Assembly: GCA_963723495.1 (NCBI GenBank)
Contig: CAVRQR010000008.1
Coordinates: 74,867-138,866, forward strand
From: an uncultured Acidobacteriota bacterium
GTDB lineage: Bacteria > Acidobacteriota > Vicinamibacteria > Vicinamibacterales > UBA2999
Length of the DNA stretch: 64,000 bases
Reading direction: 5' to 3'
Numbering within the stretch: position 1 is the first letter of the stretch; each line of letters opens with the position of its first letter. Below are positions 55,974-64,000 of the stretch, piece after piece. A program made the translations under genes and the position numbers. The notes under the pieces are model-generated. The model was not told the DNA's origin. It worked only from the letters and a program-made list of their open reading frames with translations, and did no database searches.

Positions 55974-56147
55974 TCAGGTCAGTTGTGAGGCGGAGGTGTC
56001 CTCGGACCGGCGCTTCATCTCGTTCTGACCGCGCAGAATGGAGCACCATTCCTTGTGTTCGGCCACGGGCATCCCGCATTCGACACAGACTCGAACGCGC
56101 TGCTTCGGTGGCTCTTCCCGGCCCAGCAATCGTTTCAGAAATGACAT
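55974..56147 (-). CDS. possible small zinc-ribbon-like protein
   Basis: ATG 56147 is preceded by GGGGAGGG at 6 nt. The sequence is MSFLKRLLGREEPPKQRVRVCVECGMPVAEHKEWCSI... Confidence 0.4.
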   Translation of the reverse strand: MSFLKRLLGREEPPKQRVRVCVECGMPVAEHKEWCSILRGQNEMKRRSEDTSASQLT

Positions 56148-56292
56148 CAAGCGCCCTCCCCTGCCCAGGCTCAATGAAATTCAATACGTTTGACGTCGGA
56201 GAAGGGTTCACAGTTGGCTCGGAGTGTGCCCCGTCGCCCCAAGCGACAGCGGCCGTCGTCGATCCTGTAAAGAATCGACGACGCTCACCTGA

Positions 56293-57681
56293 TTGCAACA
56301 CCCCGCTGAGCTGCACGTGTTCCGCCGGCGTTATAGTCGGCTGGTGCTTCCGCCGGGACCTCGTGGACTTCCGCTTCTGGGCATGTTGCCAGCCATCAGG
56401 CGGGACCCGACGGGTGTCTTCCTGAACGCGGCTCACCGTTTCGGTGACGTCGCCTACTTCAGGATTGCCTCGAGACGCGGCTATCTGATCACCAATCCGT
56501 CCGACATCCGTCACGTCCTGCAGGACAACGCGCGCAACTATCACAAGAGCCCGCTGTATCAGAAGCTGCGGACCTCGATCGGCAACGGACTGCTCACCAG
56601 CGAAGACGAATTCTGGCTGCGTCAGCGACGCATCGCGCAACCAGCCTTTCACCGCCAGCGGATTGAAGCGCTGACCGGCATGATGGCCGACGCCGCACGA
56701 GACACGGCCGACCGGTGGCACACGATCGCCGCGCGTGGACAGCCCGTGGACGTCGCCGAGGAAATGATGCGTCTGACGCGCACGGTCGTCCTTCGCACCC
56801 TGTTGGGTGCCGATCTCGGACCGTTCACCGACAAGATCGACGAGGCGTGGACCATCCTCAACGAGTACATCGGCGAGAGTTTCTGGTCCCTCGGCTTCAC
56901 CGACTGGTTCCCGCCTTCGAAGCACCGGCGATTCCAGGCGGCACGCGCCGTGTTGCAGGGCGCCGTCGATCACGTCATCAGTCAACGCCGGCGCAACCCA
57001 TCAGAGCGAGCCGACCTGCTGTCGATGTTGATGTCAGCGCGCGACGAGGACACTGGCGAGTCGATGACCGACGAGCAGCTCCGAGTTGAGGTGACGACGT
57101 TCCTGCTGGCGGGTCAGGAGACTACGTCACTGGCACTCACCTGGACCTGGTATCTGCTGTCGCAGCACGTGAACGCTCAACGCCGGCTCGAAGAGGAGAT
57201 TGATTCGGTACTGAGCGGACGGCCTCCAGGACATTGCGATCTCGTGAATCTGCCGTACACGCGCATGGTGATCGATGAAGCGATGCGCCTCTATCCTCCG
57301 GCATGGGCGTTCTCCAGGCAGGCGCTCGCCGATGACAAGCTGGGTGGGTTCCATCTGCCGCGCGGATGGCTGGCGCTCGTCGTGCCGTTCGTGCTGCATC
57401 GGCTTTCTGCATACTGGCGAGACCCTGAAGTGTTCGATCCCGAGCGGTTCTCGACCGAGCAGATCGCCGCGCGGCCCAAGTTCGTGTACCTGCCGTTCGG
57501 CGCCGGACCGCGGCAATGCATCGGCAATCAGTTCGCACTCATCGAGGCACACCTCGTCATCGCGACGCTCGCGCAGCGCTATCGCCTTCAGCTCGTGCCG
57601 CGGCACAAGGTCGAGCCATGGCCGCTCATCACGCTGCGTCCGCGCTACGGCATGCCGATGTTCATCGAGCGCCGGAGTTGA
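56293..57681 (+). CDS. cytochrome P450
   Basis: Contains the FGAGPRQCIGNQFAL haem-thiolate loop, AGQETTS (I-helix), ExxR and an LPPGPRGLPLLG N-terminus. The start is uncertain (TTG 56293 or GTG 56316). Confidence 0.9.
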   Translation: MQHPAELHVFRRRYSRLVLPPGPRGLPLLGMLPAIRRDPTGVFLNAAHRFGDVAYFRIASRRGYLITNPSDIRHVLQDNARNYHKSPLYQKLRTSIGNGLLTSEDEFWLRQRRIAQPAFHRQRIEALTGMMADAARDTADRWHTIAARGQPVDVAEEMMRLTRTVVLRTLLGADLGPFTDKIDEAWTILNEYIGESFWSLGFTDWFPPSKHRRFQAARAVLQGAVDHVISQRRRNPSERADLLSMLMSARDEDTGESMTDEQLRVEVTTFLLAGQETTSLALTWTWYLLSQHVNAQRRLEEEIDSVLSGRPPGHCDLVNLPYTRMVIDEAMRLYPPAWAFSRQALADDKLGGFHLPRGWLALVVPFVLHRLSAYWRDPEVFDPERFSTEQIAARPKFVYLPFGAGPRQCIGNQFALIEAHLVIATLAQRYRLQLVPRHKVEPWPLITLRPRYGMPMFIERRS

Positions 57682-57819
57682 CGAAGAAACGGATCGCCAC
57701 GGAGCCACGAAGGCACGGAGCACGCACGGACGAAGCTGGCGCCCCGTGGCGGTGGGCAAGGACGGACTCAGTGTCTCCGCGTCTCCGCGGCAAACCGTGT
57801 CTCCGTCTCCTTCGTTCCC
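57682..57819. repeat. long imperfect palindrome, word family CACGGAG/CTCCGTG, between convergent P450 and frdD
   Basis: The T-poor left arm is cgaagaaacggatcgccacggagccacgaaggcacggagcacgcacggacgaag. The A-poor right arm is ctcagtgtctccgcgtctccgcggcaaaccgtgtctccgtctccttcgttccc. The arms are colinear in reverse complement. Confidence 0.75.
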
Positions 57820-57825
57820 TAAACG

Positions 57826-58176
57826 TTAAAACATCACGAGTAGATACACAGACGCCAGTGATCCAGCGATGGCGCTCCCGTAGCAGAGGATCGCGATCAG
57901 CTCGTTGAGATGCTTGATCTGAAGACCATCGTAGAGCGTGTAGCGGAAGCGGTGCGCCGCGTGGAAGAGCGAGACGGTGCAGACGACGACGAGCGCGAGG
58001 CGTGTGAGTGGATGAGCGATGACAGCCGCCAGGCGCGCGACCGGCGGCGGCGTAAGCCAGCCAAGGGGGAAGGCGACGCCGAAGAGGAACAGCAACATCG
58101 GCAGTACCAGCGCTGCCACGACACCTCCGGCGCTGAACATCATCCAGAGGAGCGGTTCCGCCGATCGCTTGATCAT
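57826..58176 (-). CDS. frdD: fumarate reductase subunit D
   Basis: MIKRSAEPLLWMMFSAGGVVAALVLPML... parallels E. coli FrdD (KRSDEPVFWGLFGAGGMW...). Three TM helices. Confidence 0.85.
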   Translation of the reverse strand: MIKRSAEPLLWMMFSAGGVVAALVLPMLLFLFGVAFPLGWLTPPPVARLAAVIAHPLTRLALVVVCTVSLFHAAHRFRYTLYDGLQIKHLNELIAILCYGSAIAGSLASVYLLVMF

Positions 58177-58177
58177 C

Positions 58178-58597
58178 TCAGCCCCCAATAATGAGCCACG
58201 CGACGATCGCCGACACCACGACCCACGCCGCGTAGTTGGATGCGGCAATCACGGAACCCGGCACGTGCCTGTGGCCGAGATGGACGACAAGCGCCTGTGG
58301 CGCCAGGTTGAACCAGGTCACCGCATGGAAAACGAGGAGCAGCAGGCTGCACACGTTCACCGCCATCACCCACGGCTGCCGGCTCCACTCGAGAAACTGG
58401 TTGTACTCGACGGGCCCTTCGCCCACCGCGTAGACCATCAGGAGCAGATAGACCACAGCCCACGCGACGAACAGGCTGCTGATCTCACGGAGGATGAACG
58501 CAAAATACGACCACTTGCGCAGCCACCAGTAGGTCGAGACATGCTGTCTGAGCCAGCGCGGGTGGTACTCCGTGTAGTGCTCGACGATGTGAGCCAT
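58178..58597 (-). CDS. frdC: fumarate reductase subunit C
   Basis: Three TM helices with a WWLRKWSYFAFILREISSLFV segment, as in FrdC. The ATG overlaps the frdB stop as ATGA. Confidence 0.85.
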   Translation of the reverse strand: MAHIVEHYTEYHPRWLRQHVSTYWWLRKWSYFAFILREISSLFVAWAVVYLLLMVYAVGEGPVEYNQFLEWSRQPWVMAVNVCSLLLLVFHAVTWFNLAPQALVVHLGHRHVPGSVIAASNYAAWVVVSAIVAWLIIGG

Positions 58598-59337
58598 CAC
58601 GCCCCCCTCGGCAGAAAGAACGATTTCACGGACTCGAGTGCCGCATTCAGCTTGTAGCGCTGGATGGCTCCGGCCGGATTGACGTTCTTCGGACACACCT
58701 TCGTGCACTCACCGACGAACGTGCAGCCCCAGATGCCTTCATGGTCGGAGAGCACCTCGAGCCGTTCCTCCGCGCCCTCATCCCGTGAATCGAGGTTGTA
58801 GCGCTGCGCGAGGGCGATCGCGGCCGGTCCGATGAACTTGGGATCGAGGCCGTAGATCGGACACGCGGCGTAACACAGCATGCAGTTGATGCACATGCTG
58901 TACTGCTTGTACTCGTCCATTTCTTCCGGCGACTGCAGATACTCTCCGCTCGACAGCGGCTTCTCCGCCGCCCTGACGATCCAGGGTTTGACCCGCACCA
59001 GCTTCTGCATGAAGTCGCCGAGATCGACGATGAGATCTCTGATCACGGGGAAGTTGCGCAGCGGCTCGACGCGAACCGGACCCGGCGCGTAGTCCGTGAG
59101 GAACGTGGCACAGGTCAGCTTCGGCTCGCCATTCACGGTCATCCCGCAGCTGCCGCAGATTCCCATCCGGCACGACCAGCGGTACGAGAGCGTGCCGTCC
59201 AGCTGGTCTTTGATGTGGTTGAGGCCGTCGAGCACGACCCAGTCGCTCGGACAGGGCACCTGGTACTCGTCGAAGACCGGTTCAGACTCTTGCTCCGGCC
59301 GATACCGGGCGACCTGCAGTGTGATCTGTTTCTGCAT
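58597..59337 (-). CDS. frdB: fumarate reductase iron-sulfur subunit
   Basis: [31 protein letters not shown] and [12 protein letters not shown] Fe-S clusters, colinear with E. coli FrdB. Confidence 0.9.
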   Translation of the reverse strand: MQKQITLQVARYRPEQESEPVFDEYQVPCPSDWVVLDGLNHIKDQLDGTLSYRWSCRMGICGSCGMTVNGEPKLTCATFLTDYAPGPVRVEPLRNFPVIRDLIVDLGDFMQKLVRVKPWIVRAAEKPLSSGEYLQSPEEMDEYKQYSMCINCMLCYAACPIYGLDPKFIGPAAIALAQRYNLDSRDEGAEERLEVLSDHEGIWGCTFVGECTKVCPKNVNPAGAIQRYKLNAALESVKSFFLPRGA

Positions 59338-61085
59338 GGGGGGGCACCTCCCCGTAAACACGCTCAGCCGGTGGCCACCGCGTGATGCGCACCGGCAGGT
59401 ACTCGACGTGGACGGAACCGTCTGCTGTGCGTGAGATCAGCGAGTGCGCGAGGAAGCGGCGATCGTCCCGCGCGGGAAAATCAGTGCGCTGATGCGCGCC
59501 ACGTGATTCCTCGCGACGGAGCGCCGAGCGCACAATCGCCTCGGCGACATCGAGCATGCAGGACAACTCCAGCGCCGCCACGCGCTCGGTGTTGAACGTG
59601 CGGCTGTGATCCTCGATCGCAACATCGGCCATGCGCTCCTGCAGCTCAGCGAGCCGCCCCACTGCCCACGTCAGCTTCGAACCGTCGCGATAGATGCCGG
59701 CGCTTTCTTCGAGCGTCTTCTGCATCTGATCACGAATGTCGGCGATGCGCTCCCGCCCTCCGGTCTTGCCGAGGACGTCCCTCTCCAGACGTTGTCGTTC
59801 ATCCTGCACCTGCGCCGCGACGTGCCTGTCGGTCAAAGCTGCACGCGACGCGTAATCAGCTGCGGCACGCCCAGCGCGCGAGCCGAACACGAGGAGTTCG
59901 GGCAGCGAGTTCGACCCGAGGCGGTTCGCACCGTTGATGCTGACGCAGGCGACTTCGCCTGCCGCGTAGAGTCCCGGCAGCGGTGTTGCACCGTTGATAT
60001 CGGTGTGCACGCCACCCATCATGTAGTGCACGACCGGACGCACCGGGATGAGATCCGACACCGGATCGAGGTTCTGGTACTTCTGGCACAGCTCACGCAC
60101 GAACGGGATCTTCGTGTCGATGACCTTCGCGCCCGAGGTGACGCAGATCGAGGTGCACGACCGGCCCGTACGGCGTCTCGATCGTTCTCCCCTTCTCGAG
60201 CTCCTTCATGAAGGCTTGCGAGAGCCGGTCGCGCGGACCGAGTTCCATGGTCCGCAGCACTGGTTTGGGTTGAGGCGTGCCGAGCTGGTAGTCCTGCAGG
60301 TAGCGGTAGCCATCCTTGTTGAGCAGGTAGCCGCCTTCCGCCCGCGCCGCCTCGGTGATGAGGATGCCGGTGAACGGAAGACCGGTTGGATGGTACTGGA
60401 CGAACTCCATGTCCTTGAGCGGAGCGCCCGCGCGATACGCGAGCGCCATTCCGTCGCCGGTCTTGATGCTGCCGTTGGTCGTGAACGGAAACACGCGGCC
60501 GCAGCCGCCGGTGCACAGGATGACGGCGCGTGCCGTAATTGCCTCGATGCGCCCGGACATCAGCTCCAGCGCGACCACGCCCTGCACACGGCCATCGTCG
60601 ACCAGCAGCTTCGTGACGAACCACTCGTCGTAGCGAACAACCGACGTGTACTTGAGTGAGGTCTGAAACAGGGTGTGCAGCATGTGGAAGCCGGTCTTGT
60701 CCGCGGCAAACCACGTGCGCATCTTCTTCATGCCGCCAAAGGGCCGCACGGCGATGTGGCCATCCGGCTGGCGGCTCCAGGGACAGCCCCAGTGTTCGAG
60801 CCGGAGCAGCTCCTGCGGCGCCTCTTTGACGAAGGCTTCGACCGCGTCCTGGTCGCAGAGCCAGTCGCCCCCGGAGATGGTGTCGTAGGCGTGTTCGTCG
60901 AGGCTATCGTCGGCGGCAATCGTGCCGGCAGCGCCCCCTTCTGCCGAGACGGTGTGGCTCCGCATCGGATACACCTTCGACACGACGGCGACGTTCAGGC
61001 GCGGGTTCGTCTCTGCGATCGCGATGGCCGCGCGCAGACCTGCACCTCCGCCTCCGACGAGCACGACGTCGTGAGAAGGTGTCAC
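59282..61085 (-). pseudogene. frdA: fumarate reductase flavoprotein subunit, reading frame interrupted by a 1-nt insertion near 60132-60134 (possibly a sequencing error)
   Basis: N-terminal ORF 60093..61085: [15 protein letters not shown]...[10 protein letters not shown]...HLDLRHLG, then junk and a stop. C-terminal ORF 59282..60100: (I)[10 protein letters not shown]...HYMMGGV...[10 protein letters not shown]. Removing one G from the run restores ...[19 protein letters not shown]... Confidence 0.85.
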
Positions 61086-61195
61086 CCTACCATCACCTCC
61101 GCGTTCCGCGTAGGGTCCGGCTTTAGCCGGACCTTACTCGGCGGCGAGTAGCTCGTCGATCAGCACGCGACCGTCATGGCGAGTCACCGTACGGC

Positions 61196-61357
61196 TCACC
61201 GATCCATCGTGGTATCGTGTTGGATGCTGCGACAGCCGCACGCGAACTCGGTCTCCAGCGTGACGACCACGTCGGAGTCCTCGTCGCGAAAATTTTCGCC
61301 GTCGACGATTCGCCCGCATGGCGCGGGCTGGTTCTTGAAGCTGCCGCTGGCGTCCAC
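61196..61357 (-). CDS. possible small Cys-containing protein upstream of frdA
   Basis: GTG 61357 sits 6-7 nt after AAGGAGGGAG. The 53 codons read (M)DASGSFKNQPAPCGRIVDGENFRDEDSDVVVTLETEFACGCRSIQHD... The product may continue by frameshift into ...RVLIDELLAAE*, ending at 61134. Confidence 0.35.
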   Translation of the reverse strand: MDASGSFKNQPAPCGRIVDGENFRDEDSDVVVTLETEFACGCRSIQHDTTMDR

Positions 61358-61563
61358 GTCTCTCCCTCCTTACTTCCCTGGGATGACCGCGCGACGACCG
61401 AACAACGAACGTGACCGCGCGATGCGGTCCCGGCAACCCCGGGCCGAGGTCTCCTGTGATTACCCGAGCCTGAACTCCCGGCAGAGTTCCGCTCGGGGAC
61501 AGTCTACGCGCCTCGCCGGAGGGCGCAACAACTTTTTGCGGCTCAGCAGAACAGCCGAACTTG

Positions 61564-61623
61564 GGACCGCTATGCGGCCGAAACGTGAATTTCGTACTCG
61601 TTGTGCCGACCGCATAGCGGTCC
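61564..61623. other. perfect 14-bp inverted repeat with a 32-nt spacer in the divergent spacer
   Basis: ggaccgctatgcgg (61564-61577) pairs with ccgcatagcggtcc (61610-61623). Confidence 0.7.
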
Positions 61624-61724
61624 TAGCCGCGCGAAGCGCGGCAAAAAGACGCTGTCCACCAGTCGAGGGCTGCGGGGGATTTCAAGACCGAGCCCTTGAC
61701 TGGTAGGATCCGCCACGTTCTTCG

Positions 61725-63743
61725 ATGCCGCCATGGCTGCTTCCCGTACAGACTCTCGCGCTCGGCATCGCCGCGATTGCAACGTCCGCGCTGACCGTCG
61801 CGCTGCTGGTGGCGCAATCGCCAACTGCCTCCGATCCGCCTCTCGGGTCGCACTGCGCCTGCGACCGCGGCATCTGCCCTCTCGACGCGAACGGTCGCCG
61901 CTGCTCGTGCGGGTGCGCGAAGCGAGCCGACGCGCAACCTGTGCAGCGGCTCAACTCGGCAGGCGGCGTCACATGCAGCGACGGCAGAGCCGGCTCATTC
62001 CCGTGCCGCGACATCGACCTGTTGGCCTTTCTGCCGCACGGTGAGATCGGCGGTGGATCCGGAAACGACATCTGGGGTTGGACCGATCCCGTCACCGGAC
62101 GCGAGTACGCATTGGTGGGCAGATCAACGGGAACAGCGTTTGTCGACATCTCGAATCCGAGCGCGCCGGTGTATCTCGGCAACCTGCCTACGCGGACCGT
62201 CGCATCGGGCTGGCGCGGCATCAAAGTGTTTGCGGACCACGCCTTCATCGTCAGTGAAGCGGTCGACCACGGCATGCAGGTCTTCGACCTGACACAACTG
62301 CGAACGGTGACGTCGCCCCCGGTGACCTTTGCAGAGACCGCACATTATCCGGGCTTTGGTTCGACGCATACGCTCGCCCTGAACGAACGGACGGGATTCG
62401 CGTATGCCGTCGGCACTCGCACCTGCGAAGGCGGCCTGCATGTAGTTGACGTGCGCACGCCCGCGGCACCGCGCACGGCCGGCTGCTTCAGCCTCGACGG
62501 CTACACGCACGAAACACAGTGTGTGGTTTACAACGGGCCGGACACCACCTATCGCGAACGTGAAGTCTGTTTCAACTCCAACGAAGACACGCTGACGGTC
62601 GTGGACGCCACCGACAAGCTCGAGCCGATCCAGCTCTCGCGAACCGGGTACGGAGGCAGTGCGTACACGCATCAGGGATGGCTCACCGAAGATCAGCGCT
62701 TCTTCCTCGTCAACGATGAGGGCGACGAAGTGGCCTTCAGGCATCCAACCCGAACCTGGATCTGGGATGTCTCGGACCTCGATGCACCGGTGCTCGTCAG
62801 CCGTTATGACGGCACGACCTCCTCCGTCGATCACAACCTCTATATTCGCGGGAACCTCGTCTACGAATCGAACTACCGCAGCGGTCTGCGTGTGCTCGAC
62901 GCGAGCGATGTGGCCGCTGGCGTACTGCGCGAAGTCGGCTTCTTTGACATCTATCCTTCCGACGACCTGCCTTCGTACAACGGTGCCTGGACGTCTTACC
63001 CGTTTTTCGCGAGCGGCTCCGTCGCGGTGAACGGCATCGAGCAAGGCTTGTTCGTGCTCAGCCCACGCGTGACACCTCTGGGCCAGCCCGCCGGCCTCGA
63101 CGTTTCCCTCGCCGGGCCCGGCAATGCCGGCACCGAATCAGACTGGTCATTCGTCGTGACGGTCGCCAACCATGGTCCCGGTCGTCTGTCGCAGGCGCGC
63201 GTGCTCGAGACGCCGCCATCGGACGTGCAACTTCTGTCGGCGCGGCCATCGCAAGGGCAGTGCTCCATTAGCGCAATCGCCACATGCGACCTGGGAAGTC
63301 TCGCACCAGGATCGCGGGCCCACGTGATCGTCACCACCCGTGCGACGGGACTCGCTGAGCGTGATTTCGTCAGCACCGCCATTGCCAGCGCAAGAGCCGA
63401 CGATGGCTCGGCGCGTGAAGCGTCGGCACTGACGACAACGCGTGGCGTCAGGCATGCACCGTCCCTCACGCTGCGCAGGCCTGCTGCAGGCACAACGTTC
63501 TGGCTGGCGCGCAACAACACGATTCAATGGGTGCTGCGCGGTGTAACGGGCGGCGTTGCCATCGATCTGTCGCGCGATAACGGACAGACGTGGACGAGAT
63601 TGATCGACCAGGCCGATAACGTCGGCTTCTACGACTGGACCGGCGCCGGCGAACTGACCGCACGCGCTCGGATCCGCGTCACCAGCGTCGCGCGGCCGGA
63701 GCTGACACAGACCTCGGGCAGCTTCACCATCGGGAGTCGTTAG
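61725..63743 (+). CDS. choice-of-anchor B / LVIVD-repeat beta-propeller protein with a Cys-rich N-terminus and C-terminal beta-sandwich domains
   Basis: GNDIWGWTDPVTGREYALVGRSTGTAFVDISNPSAPVYLG...GIKVFADHAFIVSEAVDHGMQVFDL... is the family core as I recall it. A TM/signal N-terminus is present. Confidence 0.75.
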   Translation: MPPWLLPVQTLALGIAAIATSALTVALLVAQSPTASDPPLGSHCACDRGICPLDANGRRCSCGCAKRADAQPVQRLNSAGGVTCSDGRAGSFPCRDIDLLAFLPHGEIGGGSGNDIWGWTDPVTGREYALVGRSTGTAFVDISNPSAPVYLGNLPTRTVASGWRGIKVFADHAFIVSEAVDHGMQVFDLTQLRTVTSPPVTFAETAHYPGFGSTHTLALNERTGFAYAVGTRTCEGGLHVVDVRTPAAPRTAGCFSLDGYTHETQCVVYNGPDTTYREREVCFNSNEDTLTVVDATDKLEPIQLSRTGYGGSAYTHQGWLTEDQRFFLVNDEGDEVAFRHPTRTWIWDVSDLDAPVLVSRYDGTTSSVDHNLYIRGNLVYESNYRSGLRVLDASDVAAGVLREVGFFDIYPSDDLPSYNGAWTSYPFFASGSVAVNGIEQGLFVLSPRVTPLGQPAGLDVSLAGPGNAGTESDWSFVVTVANHGPGRLSQARVLETPPSDVQLLSARPSQGQCSISAIATCDLGSLAPGSRAHVIVTTRATGLAERDFVSTAIASARADDGSAREASALTTTRGVRHAPSLTLRRPAAGTTFWLARNNTIQWVLRGVTGGVAIDLSRDNGQTWTRLIDQADNVGFYDWTGAGELTARARIRVTSVARPELTQTSGSFTIGSR

Positions 63744-63793
63744 CGCAGTATGGTCGAGTCGTGAAGCGCTTAACCACGTGACACAATCCGGGT

Positions 63794-64000
63794 ATGCCCA
63801 TTCCGTGGTCCACGATCCTGACGCACGGCCCCGCGATTGTCGCGTCGGCAAAACGACTGCTGGCAACAACCGATGCCAGTGACATCCGCGAGAGGCACCA
63901 GGCGCTCGACACGCGGCTGAACGAACTGCAGAAAGCGTCGGCGGAATCGGCGCGACTTCTTCATGACATCGCACAGCAGACGCAGGCACTCGCGATGGCC
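63794..64000 (+). CDS. hypothetical protein, 5' part (runs off the window)
   Basis: The frame is open from ATG 63794 to the window end: MPIPWSTILTHGPAIVASAKRLL...LNELQKASAESARLLHDIAQQ, which looks like a coiled coil. Confidence 0.35.
   Translation, partial: MPIPWSTILTHGPAIVASAKRLLATTDASDIRERHQALDTRLNELQKASAESARLLHDIAQQTQALAMA

Overview
This is a GC-rich bacterial chromosomal window with about 60 protein genes. I found no rRNA, tRNA, CRISPR array, transposase or integrase. The gene content suggests Acidobacteriota, which is an inference only. It rests on an ADOP-type duplicated FtsX permease next to a TIGR03435 protein, a CarboxypepD_reg TonB-dependent receptor, a PEGA-domain kinase-like protein and many exported hypothetical proteins.

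Recognisable blocks, in order:
- Haem biosynthesis genes hemE and hemY, then arginase and an M3 oligoendopeptidase.
- A Zn-peptidase-like plus ATP-grasp gene pair.
- A Ser/Thr kinase.
- A four-gene, translationally coupled operon of exported uncharacterised paralogues. One is fused to a degenerate metallo-beta-lactamase (MBL) fold. This is my best candidate for an undescribed system.
- Signalling genes: HD-GYP, a hybrid histidine kinase and a STAS protein.
- AmpG.
- Ku with a deleted UdgX-like remnant, followed by a small stress-type island (holin-X, DUF3618-like, PRC-barrel, YtxH).
- An M48 peptidase and a DUF1684 protein.
- A long minus-strand gene array ending in a gallate/protocatechuate-type ring-cleavage cluster: a LigB-family dioxygenase, LigJ, two RraA/LigK-like proteins, an ACMSD-like decarboxylase and a NitT/TauT-type ABC importer.
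- A cytochrome P450.
- An E. coli-type frdABCD fumarate reductase.
- A choice-of-anchor-B/LVIVD protein.

Two window-wide features stand out:
1. Many intergenic spacers are filled by long imperfect palindromes or tandem arrays built from short strand-asymmetric words: CCAACTCCCAA, CACGAAGG/CACGGAG, GAATTCAGAAT, GGAACCCG and ATCAACA.
2. Several conserved genes (hemY twice, frdA, the kinase-like/PEGA gene) carry frame disruptions; the three I can place to a base are single-base changes in short G runs on the coding strand. This looks more like assembly or sequencing indels than gene decay.

All calls come from reading the supplied translations and the DNA by eye. No searches or computations were run.
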